This document shows, piece by piece, positions 18,374 to 27,983 of a DNA stretch of 35,421 nt; the stretch's first letter is position 1, and the number at the start of each line of letters is the position of its first letter. Position numbers and translations under genes: made by a program. The notes under the pieces are model-generated. The model ran no database searches, was not told where the DNA came from, and saw only the letters and a list, made by a program, of their open reading frames with translations. Source of the DNA: a virus (taxonomy: Duplodnaviria > Heunggongvirae > Uroviricota > Caudoviricetes); the IMG/VR virus record IMGVR_UViG_2751185971_000005, positions 1 to 35,421 of that record; one strand, 5' to 3'.

Positions 18374-18395
18374 AAAAAATCCCACCGGAGTGGGA
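18374..18395 (-). terminator. Hairpin plus T6 between tape measure and N-like gene (possible intra-operon attenuator)
   Basis: Minus-strand TCCCACTCCGGTGGGA followed by TTTTTT, read from sequence. Confidence 0.35.
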
Positions 18396-18418
18396 CTCAT
18401 TAACAGATTAATTTTTCA

Positions 18419-20254
18419 TTACCTGCCAAAGCGCGTATAGCCAACATCATGGCTGACATCAAAACCGCTGGATCGCGTTTCCATAACCCGCATACCCGGA
18501 GGCGAATTCACAAAAGAGACCTTGATCTCACCATCAACTTTTGGCGCAGAAGCTTTGTTAATCATGAAGGGATTCGGGCCTGTGGCATCGGAGGCGTTGT
18601 TTGACTGAGCCGGATCTACCGCCTGATAAGGTGTGTATCCCCGTGCCGGTATTCCCGTCCCATAAGCATCATAAGCACCCGCGCCCCACTGCGCAGAGTT
18701 AATGACATCGACCGTGTCACCGGAACTGTCGGTAAACCACTCAATAATTGGCTTCAGCTTGTCCCACATATCCTGAAACCACTTAACAACCGGTCCCCAG
18801 TTATTGATTACCATCCCCAGCGGCGACCAGGCAAAAACCTTCTTCAGAAGTTCCCAGCCAGCCTCAAAATAAGGACCAATGGTTTCCCAGAGCTTCTTGA
18901 AATAAGGTCCGACAACATCCCAGTTAGTGATAATTAATCCCGCAGCCAGGGCTATCGCCGTCGCAATCATTCCAATCGGCGTCATCGACATGATCCTGCT
19001 GACAATACTGATGGCACCGCCAACGCCCATCAATCCCAGTTTCAGAATCGCAAGACCGGCAGCAAGCCCGACGACGCCGCGAATAACCCGGGGATTTTCA
19101 TCCGCAAACTTCGTGAATTTTTCCCCTAACTCTCCCAGCCATTGCGTGATATTTTTGGCGTCACCAGAAAATGCGCCGCCAATAGCCGCAAGGCCGTTAG
19201 TTGCGGTCCCCGTCATTGCCTCCCACAGGTTGGACAGCGTACCAAGCTGGGCCTGAACACGTTTATTCAGGCTGGCCTGTTTATTCATCTTCTGCTGGAT
19301 CTGATCGTAACCATCCTTTCCTTTATCGATCAGAGCATTGACCACCTGAAGGGTTTCAGCATCATCACCAAATATTGCCTTAAGTACACCTGTTCGCTTA
19401 ACGTCGGTCAGTTTTCGCAGCTTTGCCAGTTGCCTGAACATGTTATCAAGACCGCCAAAACTTCCTTTGCCGTCAGTAAAATCGAGCTGTACCCCGAGTT
19501 TCTGGCGGGCCATAACTTTATTAACGTCCCTGATTTTCTTAACGCTTAATCCGGACTGGATAACTTTTCGCAGGGCATTACCTGCCGACTCCCCGTTCAT
19601 CCCCATCTGATCCATCATGACGCTGATGGGGGCAAGGCTCTGTGCAGCCTGAAGACCGTCCTTGTTCACCATCTTCAGAACAGAACTGGTTTTAGTGAAG
19701 AAGGACAACATGTTGGTATCGTCAACGCCCAGATAAAACGCCTTCTGGATAGTGTCGAACAGCCCCATCATGTCTTCTGACGCCGTTCCGGTAGCATCCT
19801 GCATCTTTGCAGCAAACTCAGCAGCCGCTTCCGGTGTTTTTTTCAGTTGTACCGCAAGATAAGCTGTCGCTTTACCCACACCACCCAGAATGTTTTCTGC
19901 CGGGATCCCCTGACGCACCAGCATCTGCATCATGTTCTGGAAATCAGCCGTTGTACCGGGTAGCTGGTTACCCAGGCCAATAGCCAGTTTATTGATGTCC
20001 TGAAAGCTCTTTCCAACCTCGCCGTTCGCATCCATCATGGCGACTTTCAGCCCGGTGGCGGCGTTTTCCTGATCGGCATAAGATTTCAGGGAAAGCGTCA
20101 GACCCGCTGCCAGTCCGCCACCAAGCGCCAGCCCACCCTGTGACGCTTCTTCCGCCTGGCGTTTAAATCCCCGGATTTTCTTTTGCATTTTCGACAGCGC
20201 GGGAGAAAGCCTGTCGACACCGGTGATCAACGCCTTAAGCTCAAATTCAGCCAT
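18419..20254 (-). CDS. Tail tape measure protein
   Basis: 611 aa, Gly/Ala-rich with hydrophobic central segments; preceded by a frameshifted chaperone pair. Confidence 0.9.
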   Translation of the reverse strand: MAEFELKALITGVDRLSPALSKMQKKIRGFKRQAEEASQGGLALGGGLAAGLTLSLKSYADQENAATGLKVAMMDANGEVGKSFQDINKLAIGLGNQLPGTTADFQNMMQMLVRQGIPAENILGGVGKATAYLAVQLKKTPEAAAEFAAKMQDATGTASEDMMGLFDTIQKAFYLGVDDTNMLSFFTKTSSVLKMVNKDGLQAAQSLAPISVMMDQMGMNGESAGNALRKVIQSGLSVKKIRDVNKVMARQKLGVQLDFTDGKGSFGGLDNMFRQLAKLRKLTDVKRTGVLKAIFGDDAETLQVVNALIDKGKDGYDQIQQKMNKQASLNKRVQAQLGTLSNLWEAMTGTATNGLAAIGGAFSGDAKNITQWLGELGEKFTKFADENPRVIRGVVGLAAGLAILKLGLMGVGGAISIVSRIMSMTPIGMIATAIALAAGLIITNWDVVGPYFKKLWETIGPYFEAGWELLKKVFAWSPLGMVINNWGPVVKWFQDMWDKLKPIIEWFTDSSGDTVDVINSAQWGAGAYDAYGTGIPARGYTPYQAVDPAQSNNASDATGPNPFMINKASAPKVDGEIKVSFVNSPPGMRVMETRSSGFDVSHDVGYTRFGR

Positions 20255-20414
20255 GTGTGCGTTTCTCCTGCTCTATCCTGTTTGCCTGACTGACCAGTAA
20301 GGGAATTTCACTGATCGGCATATTCAGCAATTCGAAAGGATTAATGCGCCAGTAGCTGGCGCAGTCAAAGAAGCGATCAGTGAGGTATTCAGCCGTCAGG
20401 CCTGGAGGAAAAAA
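20247..20414 (-). CDS. Frameshift extension of the tail assembly chaperone (-1 frame; GT-like product)
   Basis: The -1 frame ORF overlaps the 3' end of the 89-aa chaperone; slippery heptamer T TTT TTC sits at plus-strand 20408-20414; extension ends at the tape measure start. Confidence 0.65.
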   Translation of the reverse strand, partial: FFPPGLTAEYLTDRFFDCASYWRINPFELLNMPISEIPLLVSQANRIEQEKRTHG

Positions 20415-20665
20415 CCAGCCACAAGCCACGCCGCTGCATTCAGGTCTGCCGGAGACATCTGGTCGACAGAGCTTTGCGGCACTTTCGCCAGCCGCACAAT
20501 GTATTTCGACACCACATGCGCCAGAAGTCTGACTGACTCATCCTGATTCATCTGGTAGGGATACCCAAGCTCGCGGACATCCTTCCCGGTGGGCTCATCA
20601 AACTCCAGTACGGAGAGTGTCTCGCCATGAGCAGTAATCGGTTTCTTTAACTCAAGCTCTTTCAT
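20396..20665 (-). CDS. Tail assembly chaperone (G-like; Mu gp41-like)
   Basis: 89 aa between tail tube and tape measure; ends just after the slippery heptamer. Confidence 0.75.
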   Translation of the reverse strand: MKELELKKPITAHGETLSVLEFDEPTGKDVRELGYPYQMNQDESVRLLAHVVSKYIVRLAKVPQSSVDQMSPADLNAAAWLVAGFFLQA

Positions 20666-21021
20666 TACTGGTAATCCCCTTCTTCACCGTGGAACTCAAG
20701 ATCAACCGTGCCTTCTTCGGCATTATGGTTCGCTTCGCCGTGCAGCCATGCAGACGACAGTACATAGACCTGACCGTTCGCCAGCTCGGCAGTGATTGTC
20801 ATCTCATCAGACGAGGTGATTTTGCTCACCGGAAAATTCTTCGGCACCTTGAAGGTCCCTTTGACATAAGGCGCACGGTGAGTTTCCTTGCGGTCCACTG
20901 AACCGTCCAGGCCGATGATGTCATCATTGACCGTCCTGTTCATGGGCACCTCAATGCCGCCGGTCAGCGATAGCTGCTGACCGTCAATTTTGAAATAACA
21001 GGTTCCCCCGATACGGGCCAT
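20665..21021 (-). CDS. Tail tube protein (Mu gp40/M-like)
   Basis: 118 aa; directly downstream of the sheath gene. Confidence 0.8.
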   Translation of the reverse strand: MARIGGTCYFKIDGQQLSLTGGIEVPMNRTVNDDIIGLDGSVDRKETHRAPYVKGTFKVPKNFPVSKITSSDEMTITAELANGQVYVLSSAWLHGEANHNAEEGTVDLEFHGEEGDYQ

Positions 21022-22517
21022 TATGCAGACTCCTCTGAATACTGAAGACGGAACTGGTTAACCACGGCAAAAACACGCAACTGGTTAACATAGTCAGGCG
21101 GGAACAGCGTGTTCAGGCGGTTCGGATCGCTGGCATCACGCTCCACAACCAGGTACTGCTTAAACAGTTCGTAGTTTTCCACGATCCCCGCACGCTCAAG
21201 CTGACGGTAGGTTGCCAGCAGTTCCCCTTTGATTACCGCCGGGGTGACAATCGCCTGACCGGGACCAAAGCGGGTACCGTCGCTGGCAAGCTTGTGACGC
21301 CCGTACTTACTGGTAATGACGGATTTCAGTTTGCGCAGTACATACGCACTGGTATGCAGCGTCTCGCTGTCGAGGTAGCTGTTATCCGCAACCCCGTAAG
21401 CGTTTTTCCTGTACGTGGTGACATCACGCTGAATGCGCAGCACCCCGCTTTCGACATACGCCGTTGCCACGCCATGAGACAGCAGGGTCTGCTGCTCGGT
21501 CATCGTGAACCGTTTCCCCTTCGGCGCAGGCAGCATACCCACCAGCTCACCGGTCTGCGTGGGACGTGCCGGATCGTTGCGGATAAACACCGCTGCGCGG
21601 GCGGTACGGCTTGCCGCCAGCTCGTCGGCAGGCGTCTGGGTCTCTTTTTCGTACCCCGCCAGGGTAATGTGCTGCTGGTTAAACTGGTCACCTGCGGTCA
21701 CCAGTTCTGACAGCGTGCCGATCTTTGCCGTATACACATGACCATACAGCTGACGCGCATAGCTCCAGCGACCGCTGGTATCGTTCATCTCGGTCACCAG
21801 TGTGTTAACGGAGGCCGTGTCGTTGAACGGCAGGCCGATATAATCAAACGGCTCATCCGCCATTGCAGCCACCGCGCCGGTGAGAACAGGAGAGCCCGTT
21901 CCGGCGGTCCCCGTCGCCACGGCAATCTGTACGCCCGCAGGCAGCACTTCGCCCCCACCAAAGCCGTAGTAATTGAGGCTGACAGGAATTTCATTCCCGC
22001 AAAGCCCCTTATGACGCGCGGTCAGTGTGACCACGCCAGCCGAAGATGAGGCCGTAAACGGCAGGGCCGGAACGGCATTGATGGCATCCTGGATACTGCT
22101 GGCAATCGTCGTGACGTTATCGCCGTTAGTCACCGGTGCCTGCACGCGGGTACGTCCCACATAAACATTCACCGTGCCGGTTTCGGTTGCCGCCCCGGTC
22201 ACCGTCAGCGTAACTGTTGCCGCCGCGCCCGTGGATTCAGGAACGGCAATTACATACAGTTCACCAAACGGGTCGGTCTGGCGATAAGCCTCGACCATAC
22301 GCGCCAGCTGACTTCCCGCACCACAAATCTGGCGTGCATAGTCTGCCGACGGCATCAGCAACAGACTGTTGGCAACAATCTCTGCACCGTTATTGGCATG
22401 ACCAATCAGCAGCGATGCTCCGCTGTCCTGTGCAGTATTCGCCGCCTGGTTATCCATTTCCGCATAAAACAGCGGAACCAGCGTATTCGACGGAATGGTG
22501 TTAAAGCTTATCGTCAT
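21021..22517 (-). CDS. Contractile tail sheath protein (Mu gp39/L-like)
   Basis: 498 aa; position upstream of tube and chaperone genes. Confidence 0.9.
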   Translation of the reverse strand: MTISFNTIPSNTLVPLFYAEMDNQAANTAQDSGASLLIGHANNGAEIVANSLLLMPSADYARQICGAGSQLARMVEAYRQTDPFGELYVIAVPESTGAAATVTLTVTGAATETGTVNVYVGRTRVQAPVTNGDNVTTIASSIQDAINAVPALPFTASSSAGVVTLTARHKGLCGNEIPVSLNYYGFGGGEVLPAGVQIAVATGTAGTGSPVLTGAVAAMADEPFDYIGLPFNDTASVNTLVTEMNDTSGRWSYARQLYGHVYTAKIGTLSELVTAGDQFNQQHITLAGYEKETQTPADELAASRTARAAVFIRNDPARPTQTGELVGMLPAPKGKRFTMTEQQTLLSHGVATAYVESGVLRIQRDVTTYRKNAYGVADNSYLDSETLHTSAYVLRKLKSVITSKYGRHKLASDGTRFGPGQAIVTPAVIKGELLATYRQLERAGIVENYELFKQYLVVERDASDPNRLNTLFPPDYVNQLRVFAVVNQFRLQYSEESA

Positions 22518-22671
22518 CGGTGTTCACCTTTTTATTCACGCGCCGGATATCACCCGCTGCTTCACGGCGCAGCCAGTAGTTGTTCTCGTCAACCTTTCGC
22601 CCTTCGGCGGGCAAAAGGTCACCGCGGGCAGGGTCAGGCACTGACCGCCCTTTAACAGGTTTCACAAACAT
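22501..22671 (-). CDS. Small conserved phage protein (56 aa, DUF2635-like) preceding the sheath gene
   Basis: ATG at 22671; encodes MFVKPVKGRSVPDPARGDLLPAEGRKVDENNYWLRREAAGDIRRVNKKVNTDDDKL; overlaps the sheath start by 17 nt; below the 60-aa cutoff of the ORF track. Confidence 0.5.
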   Translation of the reverse strand: MFVKPVKGRSVPDPARGDLLPAEGRKVDENNYWLRREAAGDIRRVNKKVNTDDDKL

Positions 22672-22679
22672 GAAGATTC

Positions 22680-23240
22680 TCAGGAAGGAAGGGTTATTTC
22701 GGTGTGATGTTCGATATCGCCGTCAGGCCCGTTACCGGGATCGAGATAATCAACATCAATCGCCAGCGTTCGCAGTTCATCCAGACTGTTCAGGTCATCC
22801 TGCTGGCGGGTATCGTCTTCAGTCAGCTCGCTGATGATCGAAAAATCGAACTGATAAATCAGCTCATGACGATTCAGATCCAGCAGCGTGCCGCCGTCAT
22901 AGTTAATCGGGTTACCGCACTCTTCCGGGTTCCAGCCCAGCAGGGCCTTAAAGAGCATCTGCCGGACATCGTCCACCACATCATACGAAGCAAACTGACC
23001 GCGCTCATCACGCCCGTTACTCAGTATGACAACCACGGAGAAGCCCTCTTTCAGCTCCTGCCAGTAGTCGGTCTGGCTTTTGTTTTCTCCCGGAGAATCA
23101 TCCCCCGGTACCACATACGCCGCCGGGAGTCTCAGCTTTCCGACCTCCGGCAGATTTTTGAACTGTGCCGCGCCTGCCACCCGGTTTTCAAAATACGGGC
23201 AGCGGGCACGCAGCGCAGCAATAACAGGCGTCAGTTTCAT
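22680..23240 (-). CDS. Virion morphogenesis / tail completion protein (Mu gp37-like)
   Basis: 186 aa; position between head-tail joining genes and the sheath. Confidence 0.65.
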   Translation of the reverse strand: MKLTPVIAALRARCPYFENRVAGAAQFKNLPEVGKLRLPAAYVVPGDDSPGENKSQTDYWQELKEGFSVVVILSNGRDERGQFASYDVVDDVRQMLFKALLGWNPEECGNPINYDGGTLLDLNRHELIYQFDFSIISELTEDDTRQQDDLNSLDELRTLAIDVDYLDPGNGPDGDIEHHTEITLPS

Positions 23241-23743
23241 CTGTGTCGTCGCTCCGGCTTCAGTGATTTACGCAATTCCCGCGCCAGAAAATAGCGTGTC
23301 CAGCTGCGGTTCTTTTCAAGAGTTTCCACCATGAAGTTATTACGTGGAGCCAGTCGCCAGCCGCTGCCACCGGATGCACCACGATGATGGCTGCGACGAC
23401 GCTTTGCCCCTCGCCTCACGCCATAGAACAAAAAAGCCGGATAAAAATCACCGGTGATACGGCGGTTTCCCTCTCCATTACGCTGGTTAGGGGCTATACG
23501 TGCCATAAAACCAGGGCGATGTTTACTGGCTCTGGGTACCATGTAACCAATCGAACGAGCCAGGCGTCCGGTCTGATAACCGGGGTTTTCACCCGGTGCC
23601 GACCGCGCACGGCGCATCACCAGCCGACGGGCATCACGCATATGACGCTGACCAATCGTGACAAACGCCCGCCGGACACGGGCGCGGTTAAAGCGCATCT
23701 CCGCGGGCTGCTGAAAATCAACGTGCAAAAAGGAAGTCGTCAT
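23237..23743 (-). CDS. Virion morphogenesis protein (Mu gp36-like), Arg-rich
   Basis: 168 aa; position in the head-tail joining block; start may be an internal Met because it overlaps the upstream gene. Confidence 0.6.
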   Translation of the reverse strand: MTTSFLHVDFQQPAEMRFNRARVRRAFVTIGQRHMRDARRLVMRRARSAPGENPGYQTGRLARSIGYMVPRASKHRPGFMARIAPNQRNGEGNRRITGDFYPAFLFYGVRRGAKRRRSHHRGASGGSGWRLAPRNNFMVETLEKNRSWTRYFLARELRKSLKPERRHR

Positions 23744-24128
23744 TGTTGCCTCCGTGACTCTGCCTACATTCGCCCAGCTCCGTACACTCCAGCAGCAGAA
23801 AGCGCCGCGCCCCGTTCAGATCGCGCTGACGTTTCACCCGGTACACACTGTCACCGCAGACCACCTCATAATCAGCGGTGATCCCCCGGCGGTAACGAAT
23901 GGTGATGTAATGGGTGATGGCGTCCCCGGTCTGCGCGGTTTCCTGCCAGGTGGTGGCACTGGTCTGGACAACCTTCGCCCATGTCCGGAACGCAACCGGG
24001 TATTGAGGCTCCACGCCAAAGTTATCCGCGGGCATATCCACCCGCTGGCGGATCAGGACGCGTTTATTCAGTTCACCGGGGTCCGGCAGAATGTAGGTTG
24101 CGCTGGTCTGCGCCTGACGAATTTTCAT
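23718..24128 (-). CDS. Head-tail joining / head closure protein
   Basis: 136 aa; position downstream of the connector gene. Confidence 0.65.
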   Translation of the reverse strand: MKIRQAQTSATYILPDPGELNKRVLIRQRVDMPADNFGVEPQYPVAFRTWAKVVQTSATTWQETAQTGDAITHYITIRYRRGITADYEVVCGDSVYRVKRQRDLNGARRFLLLECTELGECRQSHGGNNDDFLFAR

Positions 24129-24448
24129 TGCGGGAAATACCTGTACGGGCCGACAAGCCAGTTAAAGCTCATTGGCAACTCCATTTTCTCAACGTCTGTA
24201 ACCGACGAGCGATTTTCGTAAAAATGGCTGATAAGCATCAGCATCCCCAGACGAATATCATCCGGCAGGTGCAGCCCGTCCGGATCGCTGTCCGGAATGG
24301 TTTCATCCGGAGCATAGAGCTTCCGGTTCAGATACGTTTCCGTCCGCTTTTGCGCCGCACTGGCCAGCAGTTGCAGATGGCGGTCATCAGCATCGAAATC
24401 CTCATCCAGCCGGAGTTGGGCTTTAATCTCTTCCATTGTCAGAAGCAT
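24125..24448 (-). CDS. Head-tail connector protein (gp6-like)
   Basis: 107 aa starting MLLTMEEIKAQLRLDEDFDADD; position just downstream of the capsid gene. Confidence 0.7.
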   Translation of the reverse strand: MLLTMEEIKAQLRLDEDFDADDRHLQLLASAAQKRTETYLNRKLYAPDETIPDSDPDGLHLPDDIRLGMLMLISHFYENRSSVTDVEKMELPMSFNWLVGPYRYFPQ

Positions 24449-24450
24449 AC

Positions 24451-24651
24451 TCAGCCCTCTTTACTGGTCGTGGCTTTATTCTCTTTTGTCGCTTTACTGC
24501 TTTTTGCACTGGTTCCGCGCTCTGCTAACCCGGCCTGAAGTGCAATCTCCTGCACCCGGGCAGGAAGCGCCCCGTCGTCATACTCACCGGCCCGAATGAC
24601 CTCAACACGCATACCGTCCGGTGACCATTTCAGATCTTGTTTCAGGATCAT
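24451..24651 (-). CDS. Small hypothetical head-associated protein (66 aa)
   Basis: ORF between major capsid and connector genes, tightly packed. Confidence 0.5.
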   Translation of the reverse strand: MILKQDLKWSPDGMRVEVIRAGEYDDGALPARVQEIALQAGLAERGTSAKSSKATKENKATTSKEG

Positions 24652-24700
24652 GATTCTTCACCCGTCAGAACAGGGGGCGCGGTTCCGCGCCCCTGAGTGA

Positions 24701-25906
24701 TTACGCCGCAGCAATCTTCAGCAGTTTGATGGCCTGCGAATCGACCAGCATGCCGCCGGTGCGCTTGGTGGTATAAAAACCGACAAACGGTTTATTGGTG
24801 TACGGATCGCGAAGAATGCGGGTACCGATACGGTCAACGATGGTGTAACCCCGTTTGAAGTTACCAAATGCAATGGCTTTCGCATCCGCGGCAATATCCG
24901 GCATCTGCTCGTTTTCAGCGATACCGTAACCCGCCAGAGAGGATGGCTGCCCCAGTTCCAGCCCAGGACGCCACAGATAGTTACCCTCGGTGTCTTTCAG
25001 CAGACGGATGGCAAACAGGCTGTTGTTGTTCATCATGAACTTCGCGCCAGTGCGGTGTGCCTTACGCAGCGTGTAAATCAGTTTGATAATGGCGTCTGCG
25101 GTCACCGCGGTCGCTTCGCCGGATACAATATGCTGAAGTTTGCCGAACGCCCGGACCTTGTCGGTTTCATCAGTGGATTCATACGCCAGGAACCCTTTCG
25201 GCTTCTTGGTGCCATCGCCTGAGGTAAAGGCAATTTCTTCCTGTTCGGCAAATTCGGTTGCCAGCTCGCTGTTGATCCAGGCCTCCACGTTGAAGAAGGC
25301 ATCGTCCAGCATTTTCTGGGTAGCCTGCGGGTTGCCGTAAATTTCCCCCATGAGAGGTTCAATCAGCTCCAGTCTGGAGGTGGCAGTCTGGGATCGCGTA
25401 TCCGTTTCCCCCACCCATCCGGAAGCCGTACCGCCCAGATTCACCAGTTTTTTGTAGTCGGAACCGCCAACGGTGATCACCGTGGCTTCCTGACGCATCA
25501 CCACTTCATCTTTCAGCAGGTTAAGAATGTTGCGATCCAGTTCTTCCGGCACGGCGTAGCCACCGTCTTCATCGGTACCCACCTGCAATGCCTTACGCTC
25601 CAGATCGCGCAGACCGTCTTCACGGCCTTTACGCAGGAAGCCCACAAACGCCTCTTTATGCTCGGTGGCCAGTTTATTTTGCGCTCCACCAGCCGGACGT
25701 TTCAGCTCAAGCAGCTCTTTTTCAAGGTCGCTTTTGAGATTTTCCAGCTCGCTGAGTTTCCCGTTCAGGGTTTCCACCTGCCCGGCAAGCTTGCCTTTTT
25801 CCTGCTCAATCGCATCCACGCGCTTGTCGTTCTTTGCTTTGAAGTCGTCAAACTTCTGCTGCAGCTCCTGCGCGACCTGTTCGACATCTTTAATATCAAC
25901 CGCCAT
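24701..25906 (-). CDS. Major capsid protein, HK97 family (with N-terminal coiled-coil delta-like region)
   Basis: 401 aa; N-terminal coiled-coil about 90 aa then an HK97-fold core; follows the prohead protease gene. Confidence 0.9.
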   Translation of the reverse strand: MAVDIKDVEQVAQELQQKFDDFKAKNDKRVDAIEQEKGKLAGQVETLNGKLSELENLKSDLEKELLELKRPAGGAQNKLATEHKEAFVGFLRKGREDGLRDLERKALQVGTDEDGGYAVPEELDRNILNLLKDEVVMRQEATVITVGGSDYKKLVNLGGTASGWVGETDTRSQTATSRLELIEPLMGEIYGNPQATQKMLDDAFFNVEAWINSELATEFAEQEEIAFTSGDGTKKPKGFLAYESTDETDKVRAFGKLQHIVSGEATAVTADAIIKLIYTLRKAHRTGAKFMMNNNSLFAIRLLKDTEGNYLWRPGLELGQPSSLAGYGIAENEQMPDIAADAKAIAFGNFKRGYTIVDRIGTRILRDPYTNKPFVGFYTTKRTGGMLVDSQAIKLLKIAAA

Positions 25907-25920
25907 CGTATTTCTCCTGA

Positions 25921-26607
25921 TTAGAAGTTCAGATTTTTCAGTGCATTCAGTGCAGAGCCCACATCCTCAGCGTCGCGCAGGGACAGTGCGCCATAGCCCC
26001 CGGCCATGAATGCTTTGGCCTGGGTACGGGAGAGTCCGACATCACGCAGGACTCTTTCGATTTTTTTCTGTTCGGGGATTTCCCCGCGGGCCAGTGCGTT
26101 CTTGACGTCGCTGATCCGCGCCTCGTCGTTAGACGGGAACGTCACCAGGCTGACTTCCCAGAGGTCGATTTCTTTCAGCAGAAAGGCTTCTTTGCTCCGG
26201 TCGTATTCCCAGTCTTTCAGGACGTACCCAATAGAAAGGCCGGTTAACGAACCGGCCTTCATGTGTGCATGTGCGCGTTTTGCGAGGGGATCATCATCAA
26301 TAAGCAACCGTCCCCTGACGTAAAGCCCGACATCGTCTTCCTTCATTTCGGTGTAAACACCGATGGGTTCATCCATGCGGTGCTGCCAGAGCAGCGCAGG
26401 TAACGCTTTTCTGTCACTCCACGCCCGCAGGGAAGCAGCAAATGCCCCGGACATCACCACATCATCGTGGCTGTCCTTTACACCAAAGACGGAGCCATAC
26501 CCTTCAAACTCACCGGAGTCACTGACAGATTTCAGACTCAGCGGTACATCAAGACGTTGTTTCGTCTGCATTGGCGTTATCCTTCTGCTTACCGGCTTTA
26601 CTGCCAT
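25921..26607 (-). CDS. Prohead protease (HK97 family)
   Basis: 228 aa; position between portal and capsid genes; real start may be the internal Met at about 26571. Confidence 0.8.
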   Translation of the reverse strand: MAVKPVSRRITPMQTKQRLDVPLSLKSVSDSGEFEGYGSVFGVKDSHDDVVMSGAFAASLRAWSDRKALPALLWQHRMDEPIGVYTEMKEDDVGLYVRGRLLIDDDPLAKRAHAHMKAGSLTGLSIGYVLKDWEYDRSKEAFLLKEIDLWEVSLVTFPSNDEARISDVKNALARGEIPEQKKIERVLRDVGLSRTQAKAFMAGGYGALSLRDAEDVGSALNALKNLNF

Positions 26608-27790
26608 CGGAGGGTTTCGTGGTCATGTTCATCGGTGTGAGATAGACATCACCACCGGGACGCGGATTCATATCTTCCAGGTCGCGGCAGTCATTGGGAG
26701 AGTAAATTCCCCAGTTGATCCCGGTGGCGTAGGCTTCAAAACGGGACTTCATATCCCCGCGCAGTAACGCCCCGGCGTTAAATTTGGCGTAATAAACGCC
26801 CTGCTTACTTTTTCGTACCAGTCCGGTGTTGATCCGCTGTTCGATGCGGGTCAGATACGGCACCAGTGAATAGTTGATAAATCCCAGCCCCAGCTCTTCG
26901 ATATTGTTGAAGGTGGCGCGATCGGTGTTCTGCACCATGTGCAACGGCACCCGGAACAGACGACAGATTTCTTCAAGCTGAAACTTGCGGGTTTCCAGGA
27001 ACTGGCTGTCCTCGGCGTTCAGCGCCATCGACTTCCAGTCCAGCCCCATCTCAAGGATCATCGGGCGGTGAGCATTGCCAAGCCCGGTGTGACGCTCCTC
27101 AAAATCTTTCTTCAGGCGCTCATAAGCCTGATCTGACAGCGTCTGCTCTGTACGCAACACACCCGACGTCACCGCGCCATTGCTGAACAGTCTGGCCCCG
27201 TGCTCTTCGGTCGCTGCCGCCAGCGATATTGCCTCGCGGGCATAGGCGATGGGATTCAGCCCCACCAGTCCGTCCAGCGTCAGCGTGCGCACATGCCAGA
27301 TATCCTCCTGGCTCAGTACATCCGTGGATCCATCCGGGAATGTGACCTGATAGATCGGCTCCCAGCTACTGTTAAGCTTCGGTACCACACAGCCGGGATC
27401 GACGGGCAGCAGTTCAGCCACTTCGCCAAATGCTTTCACTTTGTAGGCGTAAAAGTTTCCCCGCAGGCACAGACAGGTGACCACCAGCTCCCAGAACTCC
27501 TGCGGCGTCATATAGCCATTGGGATGCGTGGAGATCAGTTTATGCAGACGTTCGCCGGTGGCTCTCTGCTTCAGGCTGCCGTTCAGGTGATACAGATTGC
27601 AGGGCAACATCCCAACCGACTCTGCCAGCACTCTGACGCAGGAAAAAACCGCCGTCAGTCGCATGGCCCGCTGACTGCTGATCTGCTTTCCGGTATAGGT
27701 GTCGTAGGACAACCCGATGGCATCCGCCAGCTCTGCTGGCGTGGTCACCGGTGCGTCACTTTTTCGTTGAAATAATCCCGAAAAGAACAC
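26549..27790 (-). CDS. Portal protein (HK97 family)
   Basis: 413 aa; position after the large terminase gene. Confidence 0.9.
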   Translation of the reverse strand: MFFSGLFQRKSDAPVTTPAELADAIGLSYDTYTGKQISSQRAMRLTAVFSCVRVLAESVGMLPCNLYHLNGSLKQRATGERLHKLISTHPNGYMTPQEFWELVVTCLCLRGNFYAYKVKAFGEVAELLPVDPGCVVPKLNSSWEPIYQVTFPDGSTDVLSQEDIWHVRTLTLDGLVGLNPIAYAREAISLAAATEEHGARLFSNGAVTSGVLRTEQTLSDQAYERLKKDFEERHTGLGNAHRPMILEMGLDWKSMALNAEDSQFLETRKFQLEEICRLFRVPLHMVQNTDRATFNNIEELGLGFINYSLVPYLTRIEQRINTGLVRKSKQGVYYAKFNAGALLRGDMKSRFEAYATGINWGIYSPNDCRDLEDMNPRPGGDVYLTPMNMTTKPSDGSKAGKQKDNANADETTS

Positions 27791-27972
27791 TATTTACCTC
27801 CACCAACAGACAGCTGTGTACGATCGAGATATCGCGCTACCAGCCACGACCAGAACAGGCACAACGCCCCGGCAACAACAAACCCCGCCGGGGGATAAAT
27901 CAGCCAGGCACCATACGCCAGCAAAAGCGCCCCCAGCACGCCCACCAGAGGCGCGAGAATCAGCATGATCAT
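27790..27972 (-). CDS. Small hydrophobic protein (60 aa) between terminase and portal
   Basis: ORF track; two predicted membrane-spanning segments; tightly coupled to flanking genes. Confidence 0.45.
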   Translation of the reverse strand: MIMLILAPLVGVLGALLLAYGAWLIYPPAGFVVAGALCLFWSWLVARYLDRTQLSVGGGK

Positions 27973-27983
27973 AATTACCTCAG

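Noticed and set aside
20247-20429. 60-aa ORF as an independent gene with its own ATG
   Set aside because: Better explained as the -1 frameshift extension of the tail assembly chaperone; the in-frame Met is probably not an initiation site.
13008-24538. Numerous 60-190-aa ORFs antisense to or overlapping the tail and head genes (for example 13169-13567, 16158-16496, 21294-21710, 22704-23294, 23981-24538)
   Set aside because: They lie inside well-supported structural genes in high-GC DNA, where long chance ORFs on the opposite strand are common; none has ribosome-binding site or synteny support.
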